Notes: generated by a model from the sequence alone, not told the origin. 64,000 nt of DNA from Octopus vulgaris (GCA_951406725.2 OX597824.1:30566001-30630000); one strand, 5' to 3'; shown: positions 26,405-38,227, counted from the first letter of the stretch. Numbers and translations: made by a program.

Positions 26405-27199
26405 TCTGCTCTGTTTAACTGGACTCATGGTATGAAGCTGGCTGAGGCTATTCTGTCTTTGCTGTTGAATGAATTATGCATAAAATCTACTGCTGAAACC
26501 ATTTGATCTGTAATTAAACATTTAAAGAATTAATTGAGTTAAACAATTCAAGAATGTGACATTAGGGAGTCCAAAGACCCAGTTTTCAGTTAGTGCTTGT
26601 AATAATGTCTAACTTGGTACAAAACCATAAAGAAGATGAACAACCAGGACTGGGTTCATGTATGGGCCAATAAGGGCCATAGTGCGGGAACACCTTTAAC
26701 TCCGAGAAGCCTAAATCTTGGAGTTAAAAATTTAGAAAATATATTTGGAACAATCAATCAAATAATTTCTAAATTTGTAAAGTATGAAAGGCAAGATCAA
26801 ACCCAGCTCCAGCAGGGTTTGAAATCTCCTCAGTGTTAATAATATACCATTTTCAAAATTGTAGGGAAAATTTGGGACAGTGAAATGGGTAGCTCCATCA
26901 AACTGGTTTGGTGACTTAATAGACATCTTTTCATTGGTTTAATGGTTGTAGTGTGCTGGTATGTTAGATGTAGTGGACAAATCTTACTCAGATCACAGAG
27001 TACCATTGTGAATAAGGATATATTGGGATGACATTTCTAATACAGGGAAAGATAAGAGGGTCACTGTTGGAATGTCTTTGATTATTAACCTGCTTGATCA
27101 CGTTTGACCTTGGGTTAAACAATAGCAACAAAAACATCAGCACTACTATAACACACACGACATATAGATTACATTTTGCAACACTGTCTATATAATTAA

Positions 27200-27408
27200 G
27201 ATGGCAAGCTGGCAGGATCGTTAGTGTATGGGACAAAATACCAAACAGCCTTTCTTCTGGTTTATTACTTTCAGAGTTCAAATCCCAGCATTGCCCTTCA
27301 TCATTTTAGTGTTGATAAAATAAGTACCAGTCAGTTACTGGATTTGATGTAATCAATTTGCTCCCTGCTCTTGAATTGTTGGTTTTTTGCTAAAATTAGA
27401 AAGAATAT
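27200..27408 (+). mobile_element. SINE family A, decayed
   Basis: gctggcaggatcgttag ... gagttcaaatccc ... gataaaataagtaccag. Confidence 0.7.
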
Positions 27409-27713
27409 TTTTTACACAATTCTTGTAGCATTAGTTAATTTGGAACTTGGCGTATCTCATTTGCTTTGTTTTCTTCAAAGTTTCCCCACCAAAGATTTGA
27501 ATAGATTTGTTTTCCTAATTATCCAAAGTCTTTGCACTGTATAGTAAGCAGGGTAATGATACTCCAGAGAAAGCAGGTTTGGGTGACAATTTTTAATACT
27601 AATATTGCAACTAACTTCCACTTCTCAATGACCTTCATTTTTTAAAGCAAACTTTTATTTGCATCAATTTTAATTTTGCCCAATTTTTTTCAAAGTTTGT
27701 CATGAATTACTTC

Positions 27714-27755
<42 letters not shown>

Positions 27756-27951
27756 ATAAGATCGTTAATTTAAATTAAATAACGATCTTATCAAGTGGAC
27801 ATGGAAATAAAAAACCTTCAAAGATAATAATTATTATTAAAATTATGAGATACCGCCATGCTGAAAATAGCAGCTAGGTGTCAAATCCTGGCTGCTATTT
27901 TCAGCATGGAAGTATCTCATAGATACCCTAAGTTATAATTTTATATATATT

Positions 27952-28460
27952 CTAGCAGTATCGCCCGGCGTTGCTCGGGTTTGTAAGGGAAATAACTATA
28001 TAAGCATTTTTAGAGAGTTACTTCCCTTATATATGCCAATTCGGGCTTTCTTAGCCATTTCTGTTTTGGTGTCTTCAAGCCATGAAGTCGTTGTTCTAAA
28101 AGAACGCTGGTCTCCTTGACAACGCTTTACAACGTTGATTTCCTTACACTCCCTTCCCCACAGCTTCACGAGGGAGGGAAGAAGGGGGAGAAGCAAACAG
28201 GTGCAGGTGAGACCATGGACGCCAACTCCGCCGCCATCGACACACGAAAAATTATGCATTAAAATGGAATAAAAAATGATATTAAATTATTTTTAAAATC
28301 GTAGACTCATCGTAGACGCTAATACTCAGACGGGCTCGATATGAATCACGACTATAAGATACCCGAATTTGGTTAAACTGCACCGCAAAATGTGGGAGTA
28401 GTTAGGAATCTAAATCGAAGGGGACAGACACTCACACAACTACAGTTTTATATATATAGA
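27952..28460 (-). mobile_element. Complete non-autonomous Helitron
   Basis: Minus strand starts TC (tctatatatataaaactgtag, 28460) and ends with hairpin cccgagcaacgccggg followed by CTAG (27952). Confidence 0.85.
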
Positions 28461-28496
28461 TATATATACTTTATTTAAAGCAGCAGAAAATTCAAC

Positions 28497-28544
28497 AAAA
28501 CCTGTTACTCTGAGTTTCACGTTGCCGTTCATCGGACAGTTTTT
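28497..28544 (-). ncRNA. Type I hammerhead ribozyme motif with CCGAUGA core, inside a short repeat (~28470-28680)
   Basis: Minus: ctgt CCGATGA acg gcaa cgt GAAAC tc a ga GTA acag. Stems I, II and III all pair. Confidence 0.7.
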
Positions 28545-28681
28545 GCTAGAATAGGACCAATATGTCAATTCTATCCAGACTAGTATAAACGCTACATCTT
28601 TAAAAATGGACTTGTTTACTCTACCACTGGTATTTGAGTACTCTTTTTTCCACCTTGTTTCACATTTATGTGTTTACTCCA

Positions 28682-28714
<33 letters not shown>

Positions 28715-28715
<1 letters not shown>

Positions 28716-29548
28716 CGTCAGTTGTGGTGTGCAAGAGAGACGGCTGCGCTGGTATGGTCATATGACGAGAATGGCTGAAGATAGTTGTGTGCAAAAGTGC
28801 TACACCCTAGCAGTTGAGGGAACCTGTGGAAGAGGTAGACCCAGGAAAACCTGGGACGAAGTGGTGAAGCACGACCTACGAACTTTAGGTCTCACCAAGG
28901 AAATGACTAGAGACCGAGACCTATGGAAGTATGCTGTGCATGAGAAGACCCGGCAAGACTAGTCAGGCCATAACCCGTGGCCCCTACCTGGGACGTAGTC
29001 AGTCCACCTGTGCATACCTTCCTTCTTGTGACACTTGTGAAGACCTGTTGAGGCAAGTGAAAATCAAACAAAATCAAAATAGATGAACATCAATGGAATT
29101 TGTATCTTTGTGGTACCAGTGCCGGTGGCACACAAGAAAACCATCTGAACGTGGCCGTAGCCAGTACCGCACCGACTGGCCTCCATGCTGTGGGCACGTA
29201 ACAATCACCATCCAATCGTGGCCGATCGCCAGCCTAATCTGGCTCCTGTGTCGGTGGCACATAAAAAAACACCATCCGAGCGTGGCCGTTCGCCAGCTTC
29301 GTCTGGCACATAAAAACACCATCCGAGCGTGGCCGTTCGCCAGCCTCGTCTGGCACCTGTGTCGGTGGCACGTAAAATCACCCACTACACTCTCGGAGTG
29401 GTTGGCATTAGGAAGGGCATCCAGCTGTAGAAACACTGCCAGATCTGACTGGCCTGGTGCAGCCTTCGGGCTCCCCAGACCCCAGTTGAACCGTCCAACC
29501 CATGCTAGCATGGAAAGCGGACGTTAAATGATGATGATGATGATGATG

Positions 29549-29550
<2 letters not shown>
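28715..29550 (+). mobile_element. RTE LINE 3' end (ORF C-terminus, 3' UTR, (GAT)n tail)
   Basis: ERRLRWYGHMTRM...GRGRPRKTWDEVVKHDLRTLGL...DRDLW, stop at 28962. Confidence 0.92.
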
Positions 29551-29579
<29 letters not shown>

Positions 29580-29998
29580 CATGTATGTATGTATATCATA
29601 GGAAATAAATTAGCCTAGACAAATCCTATTTAAAATTTTAGGGTTTAGGTTAACATAACCCCATCAACCCCCAAGATTAGATGGAAACCGATTGTATTTA
29701 AACAACAAAAATAACAGCCAAGCAAAATATTGGAGGTGGAACAGTACTGGAAGGTTGCAGGGAGGTTAGAAGCTCATATCTTATCTATACGAACGGTGGA
29801 AACATGGAAAAAGAAAAGAAAACATCGATTAATGTTAATTGAAGAGGTTAAATTATAAGGCACAAAAAGAAAATGACTCTCCCCAGACACAACAGAATAT
29901 GCTTTAACACATGAACTCACATAAAGTATCTTGCAAACCAAATCCAAAGACAAAATATTTAGTTTTAAGTTAAACTCAATAAGGGTAACTAATGGTCC

Positions 29999-30397
29999 AA
30001 GGGAAATAACTCGTTTGTTTCATAGACTCAGTTAGTACCAGTGTGTGAGAAAGCAGAAAAGAGAGATAGAAAGAGGCGAAAAGGAGAAAGAGAAAGAGAA
30101 TGAAAAACGAGAGAAAGAGGGAAAGGAGAGTGATGGGGGTATGAACGAGAGAGAGATAAAGTGTGAAAAGAAGAGAGACAGAGAATGAAAGATAAAGAGA
30201 TAGAGATACAGAGAGAGAGAGAGGGTGGGGAGAAGAGGAGAAAAGAAAGAGGTAGTGAAAAAGAGGCGGGGGAATAAGAAAGAAAGCTGGAAAGAAGAGG
30301 GAGAGAGAAGGAGAGCGCGAGAGTAAGAGGAAGAAGAGGAAAATTTAGTATTACACGCACGCACGTATGCACGCACGCGCACACACACGCACGCACG

Positions 30398-30441
<44 letters not shown>

Positions 30442-31390
30442 TACACACACGCACACACACGCACGCGCACACACAAACAAAGGCACACGCATACACATGC
30501 CGTATTCATCCGTTCATTTTAACAAGGGAGCTAAAATATATGGCGGTCAATTTTTGTAAATTTTAGCCTAAGTGCAACATTCCGCTGATTTAGTATTTAA
30601 TACCACTAAATAATAGCGCAGAACCACGGTCAATCACGCTTAGTGTTTTCAATGAAAAGTTTTCAATGAAATGTGTTCAATGAAAAGTTTTCAATGAAAT
30701 GTTTTCAATGAAATGTTTTCCCCATTTCGGTTTATCTGTTCCAAAGAAGAAAAACTCTCCCAAGTCTTAATAAATGTTAATAAAAATTTAAGACAAAAGC
30801 GTTATTGTTTATTTTCATAACGAAGCTAAATATATGTTTTCTAAATAGAGAATTGTAAAGTCTATTTAGAAAATTAATTACATAGTGCAACGGTCAAATA
30901 AGGACTTCATTTAAATTACAGAACAATTTCACATGCAACAAGATGCAAAGCAGTAATAACCCCAAATGGCAAAATTACTGACGGAAATGCAAGCATGAGC
31001 ACAGTCAAAGGGAAATAATCAACGCCTATAAACTCATAACAACGCCTGTGAACATGCACGAGTTATCTCCCATAGACCGTTAGATTTATTTTGTGATAAT
31101 GATCTTTTGTTTATATGATTTTGATGCGTTTTCAACGGCATAAGCAAATCGATATTCGTAGGCCATCACCTCAGTGCAAGTTAGTATATATATATGTATA
31201 TCTATATCTATATATATAATGCTATCGGTATATAAGTGTGTATTAGCGTATATACATTAATATGACACGGCAACTTAATCGAAAAAAATGGCGTCGATGT
31301 TATGGTTGAAAGTTTTTGCCCGGCTATTGACACAAGGGAAGCAACTTGCTGTAAATTACTTGAACACAGTTGTTTCCCTTAGACCGTAAC
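29999..31390. promoter_or_regulatory. Putative promoter region
   Basis: YY1-type motifs ATATGGCGG (30538) and AAAATGGCGTC (31285), several AAGGGARRYAAC-like motifs, CpG-retaining unique DNA, GA- and CA-rich tracts. Confidence 0.4.
30645..30719. repeat. 14-bp minisatellite, about 5 copies
   Basis: (gttttcaatgaaaa/t)n. Confidence 0.9.
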
Positions 31391-31429
31391 TTCTTTTTTT
31401 TTCTTCTAATTATTATACCGGAATACAAT

Positions 31430-31846
31430 ATTCTTTTCTACTCTAGGCACAAGGCCCGAAATTTTTTGATGGGGGAGGGGGGCAGTCGATTAGATTGACT
31501 TCAGTACGCAACTGGTACTTAATTTATCGACTCCGAAAGGACGAAAGGCAAAGTCGACCTCGACGGAATTTCAACTCAGAACATAAAGACAGACGAAATG
31601 CTGCTAACGTTTCTTATTTCTTTATTTCCCACAAGGAGCAAAACATAGAGGGAACGAACAAGGACAGAAAAAGGGATTAATTCGATTACATCGACCGCAG
31701 TGCGTAACTGGTACTTATTTAATCGACCCCGAAAGGATGAAACGCAAAGTCGATCTCGGCGGCGTTTGAACTCAGAATGTAACAGCAGACGAAATACTGA
31801 TAATCATTTCGCCCGGCGGCTAACGTTTCTGCCAGCTCGCCGCCTT
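31430..31846 (-). mobile_element. Dimeric SINE family A
   Basis: Two tandem cores, head ggcggcgagctggcagaa at the right end, imperfect TSD accggaatacaata / accagaatataata. Confidence 0.9.
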
Positions 31847-31887
31847 ACCAGAATATAATATAAATTCATATGTGTCTTTTATCCACA

Positions 31888-31918
<31 letters not shown>

Positions 31919-31919
31919 T

Positions 31920-32330
31920 TTACTCGTTTACTCTTTTACTTGTTTCAGTCATTTGACTGCGGCCATGCTGGAGCACCGCCTTTAGTCGAGCAAATCGACC
32001 CCGGGACTTATTCTTTGTAAACCCAGTACTTATTCTATCGGTCTATTTTGCCGAACCGGGCAAAGTAACGGGGACGTAAACACACCAGCATCGGTTGTCA
32101 AGCAATGCTAGGGGGACAACGACAGACACACAAACACACACACACATATATATATATATACATATATACGACAGGCTTCTTTCAGTTTCCGTCTACCAAA
32201 TCTACTCACAAGGCATTGGTCGGCCCGGGGCTATAGCAGAAGACACTTGCCCAAGATGCCACGCAGTGGGACTGAACCCGGAACCATGTGGTTGGTTAGC
32301 AAGCTACTTACCACACAGCCACTCCTGCGC

Positions 32331-32331
<1 letters not shown>
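31920..32331 (-). mobile_element. Full-length SINE family B
   Basis: Head ggcgcaggagtggctgtgtggtaag with A/B-box-like motifs, internal (TA)(TG) microsatellite, 3' part ending gaaacaagtaaaagagtaa. Confidence 0.92.
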
Positions 32332-32398
<67 letters not shown>

Positions 32399-32404
32399 TA
32401 ATCA

Positions 32405-32491
<87 letters not shown>

Positions 32492-32754
32492 ATCCATTTA
32501 CCTATCCATCTATTGCTTTATTGTTTTATTGCTTCATTGTTTTATTGATTTCAACCAGAGGCTGAGGCCATGCTGGGGCATCGCCTTGAAGCGTTTAGTG
32601 AAGCAAATAACACCAGTACTTACTTTCTAATGTCTGGTACATGTTTGTCTTTTTCTGAACCTCTAAGTTACAGGGATGTAATCTGTCCAACATCAATTAT
32701 ATAAATGTATGTATAAAGGTAAAGACATATATATATATATGTTTATATATATAC

Positions 32755-33044
32755 TCTTTTACCTTTTTACTTGTGTCAGTCATTTGACTGCGGCCATGCT
32801 GGAGCACCGCCTTTAATCGAGCAACCCGACCCCGGGACTTATTCTTTTGTAAGCCCAGTACTTATTCTATCGGTCTCTTTTGCCGAACCGCTAAGTAACG
32901 GGGACATAAACACACCAGCATCGGTTGTCAAGCAATGCTTGGGGGACAAACACAGACACACAAACACACACATGCATATATATATATACACATATATACG
33001 ATGGGCTTCTTTTCAGTTTCTGTCTACCGAATCCACTCACAAGG
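32755..33044 (-). mobile_element. 5'-truncated SINE family B
   Basis: Near-identical to 31930-32215. Confidence 0.9.
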
Positions 33045-33690
33045 ATTCAGTGTCAGATCTAAATAGTTTAATTTGTTGTTGCAAACGCTCTTGCCAAGAA
33101 GGCTTTTTGTGGAAATGTTGCCGTTTTCTAATCTTTACACCACATAGGATCGTTGAGATTTTCGCGGATGCATAGTATAGGTGGTTGAGATTTGTGATAT
33201 CAACATCATTAGCTGAAATTATATCCTTAAGTGCAAGCCAGATTTTACCAATTTTTTTCATGTTTTGGTTAGAGTTGCGGATTTTAGGGAGTGTATCACG
33301 TTCATCCATACTGGTTTCTTTAATTTTCAGCCATTCAATCATGATTTGACTTTTTAGCTCATGTAGTTCTGTCGGGTCAATATTTGTGTGACTTTCTTCA
33401 TCTATTTGATGTTCATCTGTCTTAGTGTTTATGTTTGGTTCACTTATACTAACTCTTTCAATCCTTACTTCGTTTTTATCAGCTCTGGGCTGGTCTATAA
33501 TTATTTCCTCTGTATTATCTTCTTTAACTGCAGCTTCGTTCATTCTATCCGTTACTGCTTGTCTAATTTGGTCAATCTCTACTTCAGTCAGTAATTTTTT
33601 TTTATAATGTTTCTTCTGACGTTGGTAAGTTTGTTACTGTCTATGTAGGGTCTTGCTTCAGGGTGTTTCTGTCTCCAGTTTATGTAGGTT
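33045..33690 (-). mobile_element. R4/Dong-clade non-LTR retrotransposon, N-terminal region fragment
   Basis: ORF 33037-33543 ...MDERDTLPKI...ITNLNHLYYASA...KPSWQERLQQQIKLFRSD, abutting an (ATT)n tract at 33698-33757. Confidence 0.7.
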
Positions 33691-33695
33691 TGTTA

Positions 33696-33757
<62 letters not shown>

Positions 33758-33954
33758 GCTGATACTAGCAGCAGCAGCAGTAGTAGCAGCAACAGCAGCA
33801 ACAGTAGCAGCACCCGCAGTATCATTAGTAACAGCAGTTTTATGCCACATGTTGGTCATTCCACTGCCGTTAACCTATTTTCGTTAATTTTGAGTCAATA
33901 ACATTTCTTTGTGTTCAATAATTCCCTTTTTTTTCACTCTTATTTACGTTGAAA

Positions 33955-34016
33955 TTTACGAATTTGATATTTCGAATTTACGAATTTGATATTTCGAATG
34001 TACGAATTTGATATTT
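33955..34016. repeat. 22-bp tandem repeat, about 3 copies
   Basis: (tttacgaatttgatatttcgaa)n. Confidence 0.9.
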
Positions 34017-34076
34017 CTGCTCATCAATCATCGTTCTCAAATAAGTAACAGCAACAATGACAACAGCTGCTGCCGT

Positions 34077-34700
34077 GGAGGTACGACGGCCCACTGGTTA
34101 GGGCAGCGGACTCGCGGTCGTAAGAACGCGGTTTCGAGTCCCAGACCGGGCATTCTTTTCTACTCTAAGCACAAGGCCTGAAATTTTGGGGGAGGGTGTC
34201 AGTCGATTAGATCGACCCTAGTACGCAACTGGTACTTAATTTATCGACCCCGAAAGGATGAAAGGCAAAGACGACCTTGGCTGAATTTGAACTCAGAACG
34301 TAAAGACAGACGAAATACCTATTTCTTTACTACTCACAAGGGGCTTAACACAGAGAGGACAAACAAGGACAGACAAACGGATTAAGTCGATTATATCAAC
34401 CCCAGTGCGTAACTGGTACTTATTTAATCGACCCCGAAAGGATGAAATGCAAAGTCGACCTCGGCGTAATTTGAACTCAGAACGTAGCGGCAGACGAAAT
34501 ACCGCTAAGCATTTCGCTTGGCGTGATAACGTTGAGCGAAAACACCTAAGCTCCCCGAGTATCCGGCAGTGGGGTGGTGAACCCCGCTGTACTATTTCAC
34601 CACAACTTTCTCCCACTCTTTCTTCCTACTTCAGCCTCAAAGCAGAAGAGCCTTTGTGTAACCCACTATGGTGTGGTAAAACTTTCAGACCATAGTCTAG
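34077..34700. mobile_element. SINE family C (+) interrupted by a dimeric SINE family A (-, ~34153-34530)
   Basis: Family C head ends ccagaccgggc at ~34152 and resumes ttgagcgaaaacacctaagctcc at ~34532. Confidence 0.8.
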
Positions 34701-35269
34701 ATTGCGAATCTTCTGTACCCCAGGATGGTTCAGCTCTCCACCCGTTAAAAGCCACTGTTTACGGAATGAGGATAACAACGTACCTTTGGCGCTCGTGCAA
34801 CCGCCAGTCTATCGCGTGTGGTGGGTGGATCTTCAAGTTGCCACACGCATTTTTAGTAGCTTAGAGTAGGCTCGAATTAGAGATTATTCTTTGTGGCTAA
34901 TGGCATGAGTCCAGACTGGAAGAAGAAGACAGCTGCTGCAGGTCGAAGGATGATGCGCAGTCGAACTCCCTTACATAGATATTTCACAATATCAAATTAC
35001 ACTAGGCTTCAATGTATATTAAAATCATAATGAAATTTTTCTCTCTATATATAAAGTCCTTTTTATTCCTCTACTTGTTTCAGTCATTAGACTGCGGCCA
35101 TGGTGGGGCACCGCCTTGAAGAATTGTTAGTCCAATGAATCGATCACAATACTTTCGTATGCTTTAAAACCTAGTTCTTATAATATTGCTTTCTTTTTGC
35201 CGAACTGCTGAGTTACGGGGATGTAAACACACCAACACGGTTGTCAACCTGTAATGAGGAGAAACACAC

Positions 35270-35345
<76 letters not shown>

Positions 35346-35499
35346 ACAAGCACAAGCACATTTTTGACGGTCGTCTTTCAGTTTCTGTCTACCAAATCTA
35401 TAGCCTTGTATCTTATTTCTTTACTGCCCACAAAGGGCTACGCACAGAAGGGACAAACAAGGACAGACAGACGGATTAAGTCATTGCGAAACTTTGTTT

Positions 35500-36935
35500 G
35501 ATAGGAAATTGAAATCTTCTGATTGGGAACGGGCAGTTAGTCGGGGGTCAGCAGAATTTTGGGAATGAAGACGGCTTTTACTTTGTCGTTTCCAATGATT
35601 ATCTCAGTTTCACTGACCTTTTCCATCATCTGCTGGATTGCGAGTCGAGTTCCGTTGCATAATGTACACTTGCGTCAGAAATTAATTAGCACTTCTCAAA
35701 TTTCTACATTAAATAGGTTAAATCAATTAACCTAGGAGCTGTTCAAAACGTCTTACGCGATGAGAAAACTTAGTATGGTGTGATTTCGGTCCTTGCGAGG
35801 CGCTACCTATATCTATTAAACAAAGGAAGATTTGTCTGCATCCGCACTCCAAGTTGTGCACTGCTATGTCAACATCATAAGGCTGTAGACTCTCAAACTG
35901 CTCTGCAAACAAAGTTACGTCATCGTTCTGCGCAACAGTGAACTCGCAACAAAGCAATAGTTCGAGATATGGCCACTAGGTGACAGCACATACCTTGAGT
36001 GAAGAGCAAATCAAGGGTGATAATTAATTTCTGACGGTAGTGTAGGTGCATTTAGATTATAAAGGAGGATGACAGGACAGCCGATTTCCAAGTGAAGTGT
36101 ATAGGAAGGGGGTTCAGGTAGGTCTTGCGAGTTGAGAAATTCGATTGGAAATTGTATTATTTGGTCGAGATCGGTAACCCAATCGATAGAGTAGTAACAG
36201 CGCGAGTCACAGGGAGGTTGTCGAAGGAGGTCTGTGTTTATTGAGTTGACAGCTAAATTCGCCGGTGCGAGTACAGCGCGATCTCGAAGCCAGTCTGAGT
36301 TCGAGTAGTTGATTGAAAGGTCGGTGTAGACATAAGACGACAATTCTTCCGGACTGGATGCCAGTGTGTCAAACACTTGATATATCGATGTTCATCTGTG
36401 GAATCGCAAGTTGATCGTTAGTTTTAACGCTGTTATGAAACACCACAGGTACAATTTCTTTAAGCACGCGTTAAATTCGTCTGCAGGGATTCCTTTAGGT
36501 ACGATGGAACCCCTGCAGATTATATTTGTGTTGTCATTGTTGCTGTTGTTTATTTAAGGACTATGATTGATGAGTGATACTGGTTTATTAAAAGCAAAGC
36601 AGAAATATCAAAGGAAATCTTCAGCAAGGAGTAGAATTGCACCTCCAATGTTGATGTTATGTGATCGAAAGTCTCGCATCGTGCTATCCACTGCTTCAAG
36701 AGCTGTTTTATGCGACGTTGTTGCCTCATCCCAAACAATCAGCTTGCAGGTTTTCAAAGCAGTAGTCTCGTCTGAACTATGCATGATGTTGCATGTCAGG
36801 TTTTCTTGGTGGTTGAATTGTAGTGGCAATTTAAAAGTGGTATGGGCTGTTCGGCCACCATCGAGAAGTGTTGATGCTATCCCAGATGATGCTACTGATA
36901 TTGGAATTTGTGCCACTTGTCTTACATTAGCTGTA
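35500..36935 (-). mobile_element. Helitron Rep-helicase (PIF1) relic
   Basis: VASSGIASTLLDGGRTAHTTFKLPL...LIVWDEATTSHKTALEAVD...GGAILLLAEDF (36608-36935), WLRDRAVLAP...FPIEFLNS...LHLEIGCPVILLYNL (36011-36376), LCNGTRL (~35640-35660). Confidence 0.9.
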
Positions 36936-37718
36936 AAGTATGAAGAAAAAGATAAAGAAAAGGAGCGTATATAAAACATGCAATGGGCACGCACTTTCTC
37001 ACTTTTTTCTTTCTCTTTTTTTTTTTATTTATACACTGGATAGAATCTGATTGGACAAGATGTGAATAAATTTCAATTGGAAACCCAGTTCTTATTAACA
37101 CCTGCACTCTTTCCCATCACGCGAAGCCCCACGTCACACCATTGCGCCAACCTCATCATCAACAGTCAAGCTGACACCGCTTCGTCATTTCTCTGGGGGT
37201 CTTTGACCGCTGAATGCTTCTTCGACTCATTATTCCGATCATGGAATTGTTTTTCATATAAGACAATGCATTCAATTGATCGAATAGTTATGGTAAATAT
37301 TATTAAATGTTAACAATAATAATGATTTAGTGTATTCGCCAGCGGGAAGGAATACGTTAGAAATAATTATAAGGTGGACGAAATTCATAAACAATGGTGA
37401 GTGAAGAGAGAAGGCATTGACTCGGAGTAAAAAGGGTGAAGTGAAGTATAATAATACATAACCATTAAAGAGACGCAATAATCCTTTCTACTGAAGGAAC
37501 AAGGCCTGAAATTTGGGGCAGGGGTAGAATTGATTACATCAACCCTAGTCCTCAACTGGTACTTATTTTATCGACCCTCAATGAATGAAGGGCAAAGTCG
37601 ACCTTGGCGGAATTTGAACTCGGAAAGTGTAGACGGATTGAATTCAGATTCCACCGAAGCCGACTTTGTCTTTCACCCTTTCAAGGTTGATGAAAAGAGA
37701 CACAATAATATTTTTTAT

Positions 37719-37915
37719 AGGGAGAGTTTACGAAAAAAAAAAAGATGAAGACAGGTGGTGTACAAAACAAACAGATGTATTAGTATAACGCTCAGGAATA
37801 GAAAAAGTCTTTTACGTTTCGAGCCTACGCTCTTCTACAGAAAGGGACACAGACAACAAGGAGAGAAACAAGGCGAGAAAAAATGTGTGTAGTGGCTAAC
37901 GATCTATCATGGCGT
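37719..37915 (-). mobile_element. Intact ~195-bp retroposon with a minimal hammerhead-like motif (37809-37844)
   Basis: Minus: cttt CTGTAGA a gagc gtag gctc GAAAC GTA aaag. Second copy at 21929-22740. Confidence 0.75.
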
Positions 37916-38182
37916 CTTTTATTTCTATTAGCACAAGGCCTGATATTTAGATGGAGGGGGAGAGGTTAGTCGATTAAGTACTTCACTGGTACCTACTGTC
38001 ACGTTCGTGTTAGATTGACAGTATACAACCATTCTATCGCCCCACCACCGTACATGTCTCTACGAGAGATTTAGAAATTTAGTATTTCTTATTTTGATAA
38101 TCAGTGAATAGACTTCACTGAATTATAGATATATACAATACGAAGTCGAGACAAATATCGCCAGCTGACCGGTGTCTGCTAC

Positions 38183-38227
38183 TCTAGGCCGATGAAGGAC
38201 AATGATCCTGAAACACGTGTCCCTAGA
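38183..38227 (+). ncRNA. Type I hammerhead ribozyme, copy 1 (predicted cleavage after C38221)
   Basis: tctagg CCGATGA agga caatga tcct GAAAC acgt GTC cctaga. Confidence 0.8.

Noticed and set aside
35970-35988. CTCF-like motif tggccactaggtgacagca
   Set aside because: One mismatch in the core, a single instance, and it sits inside transposon-derived sequence.
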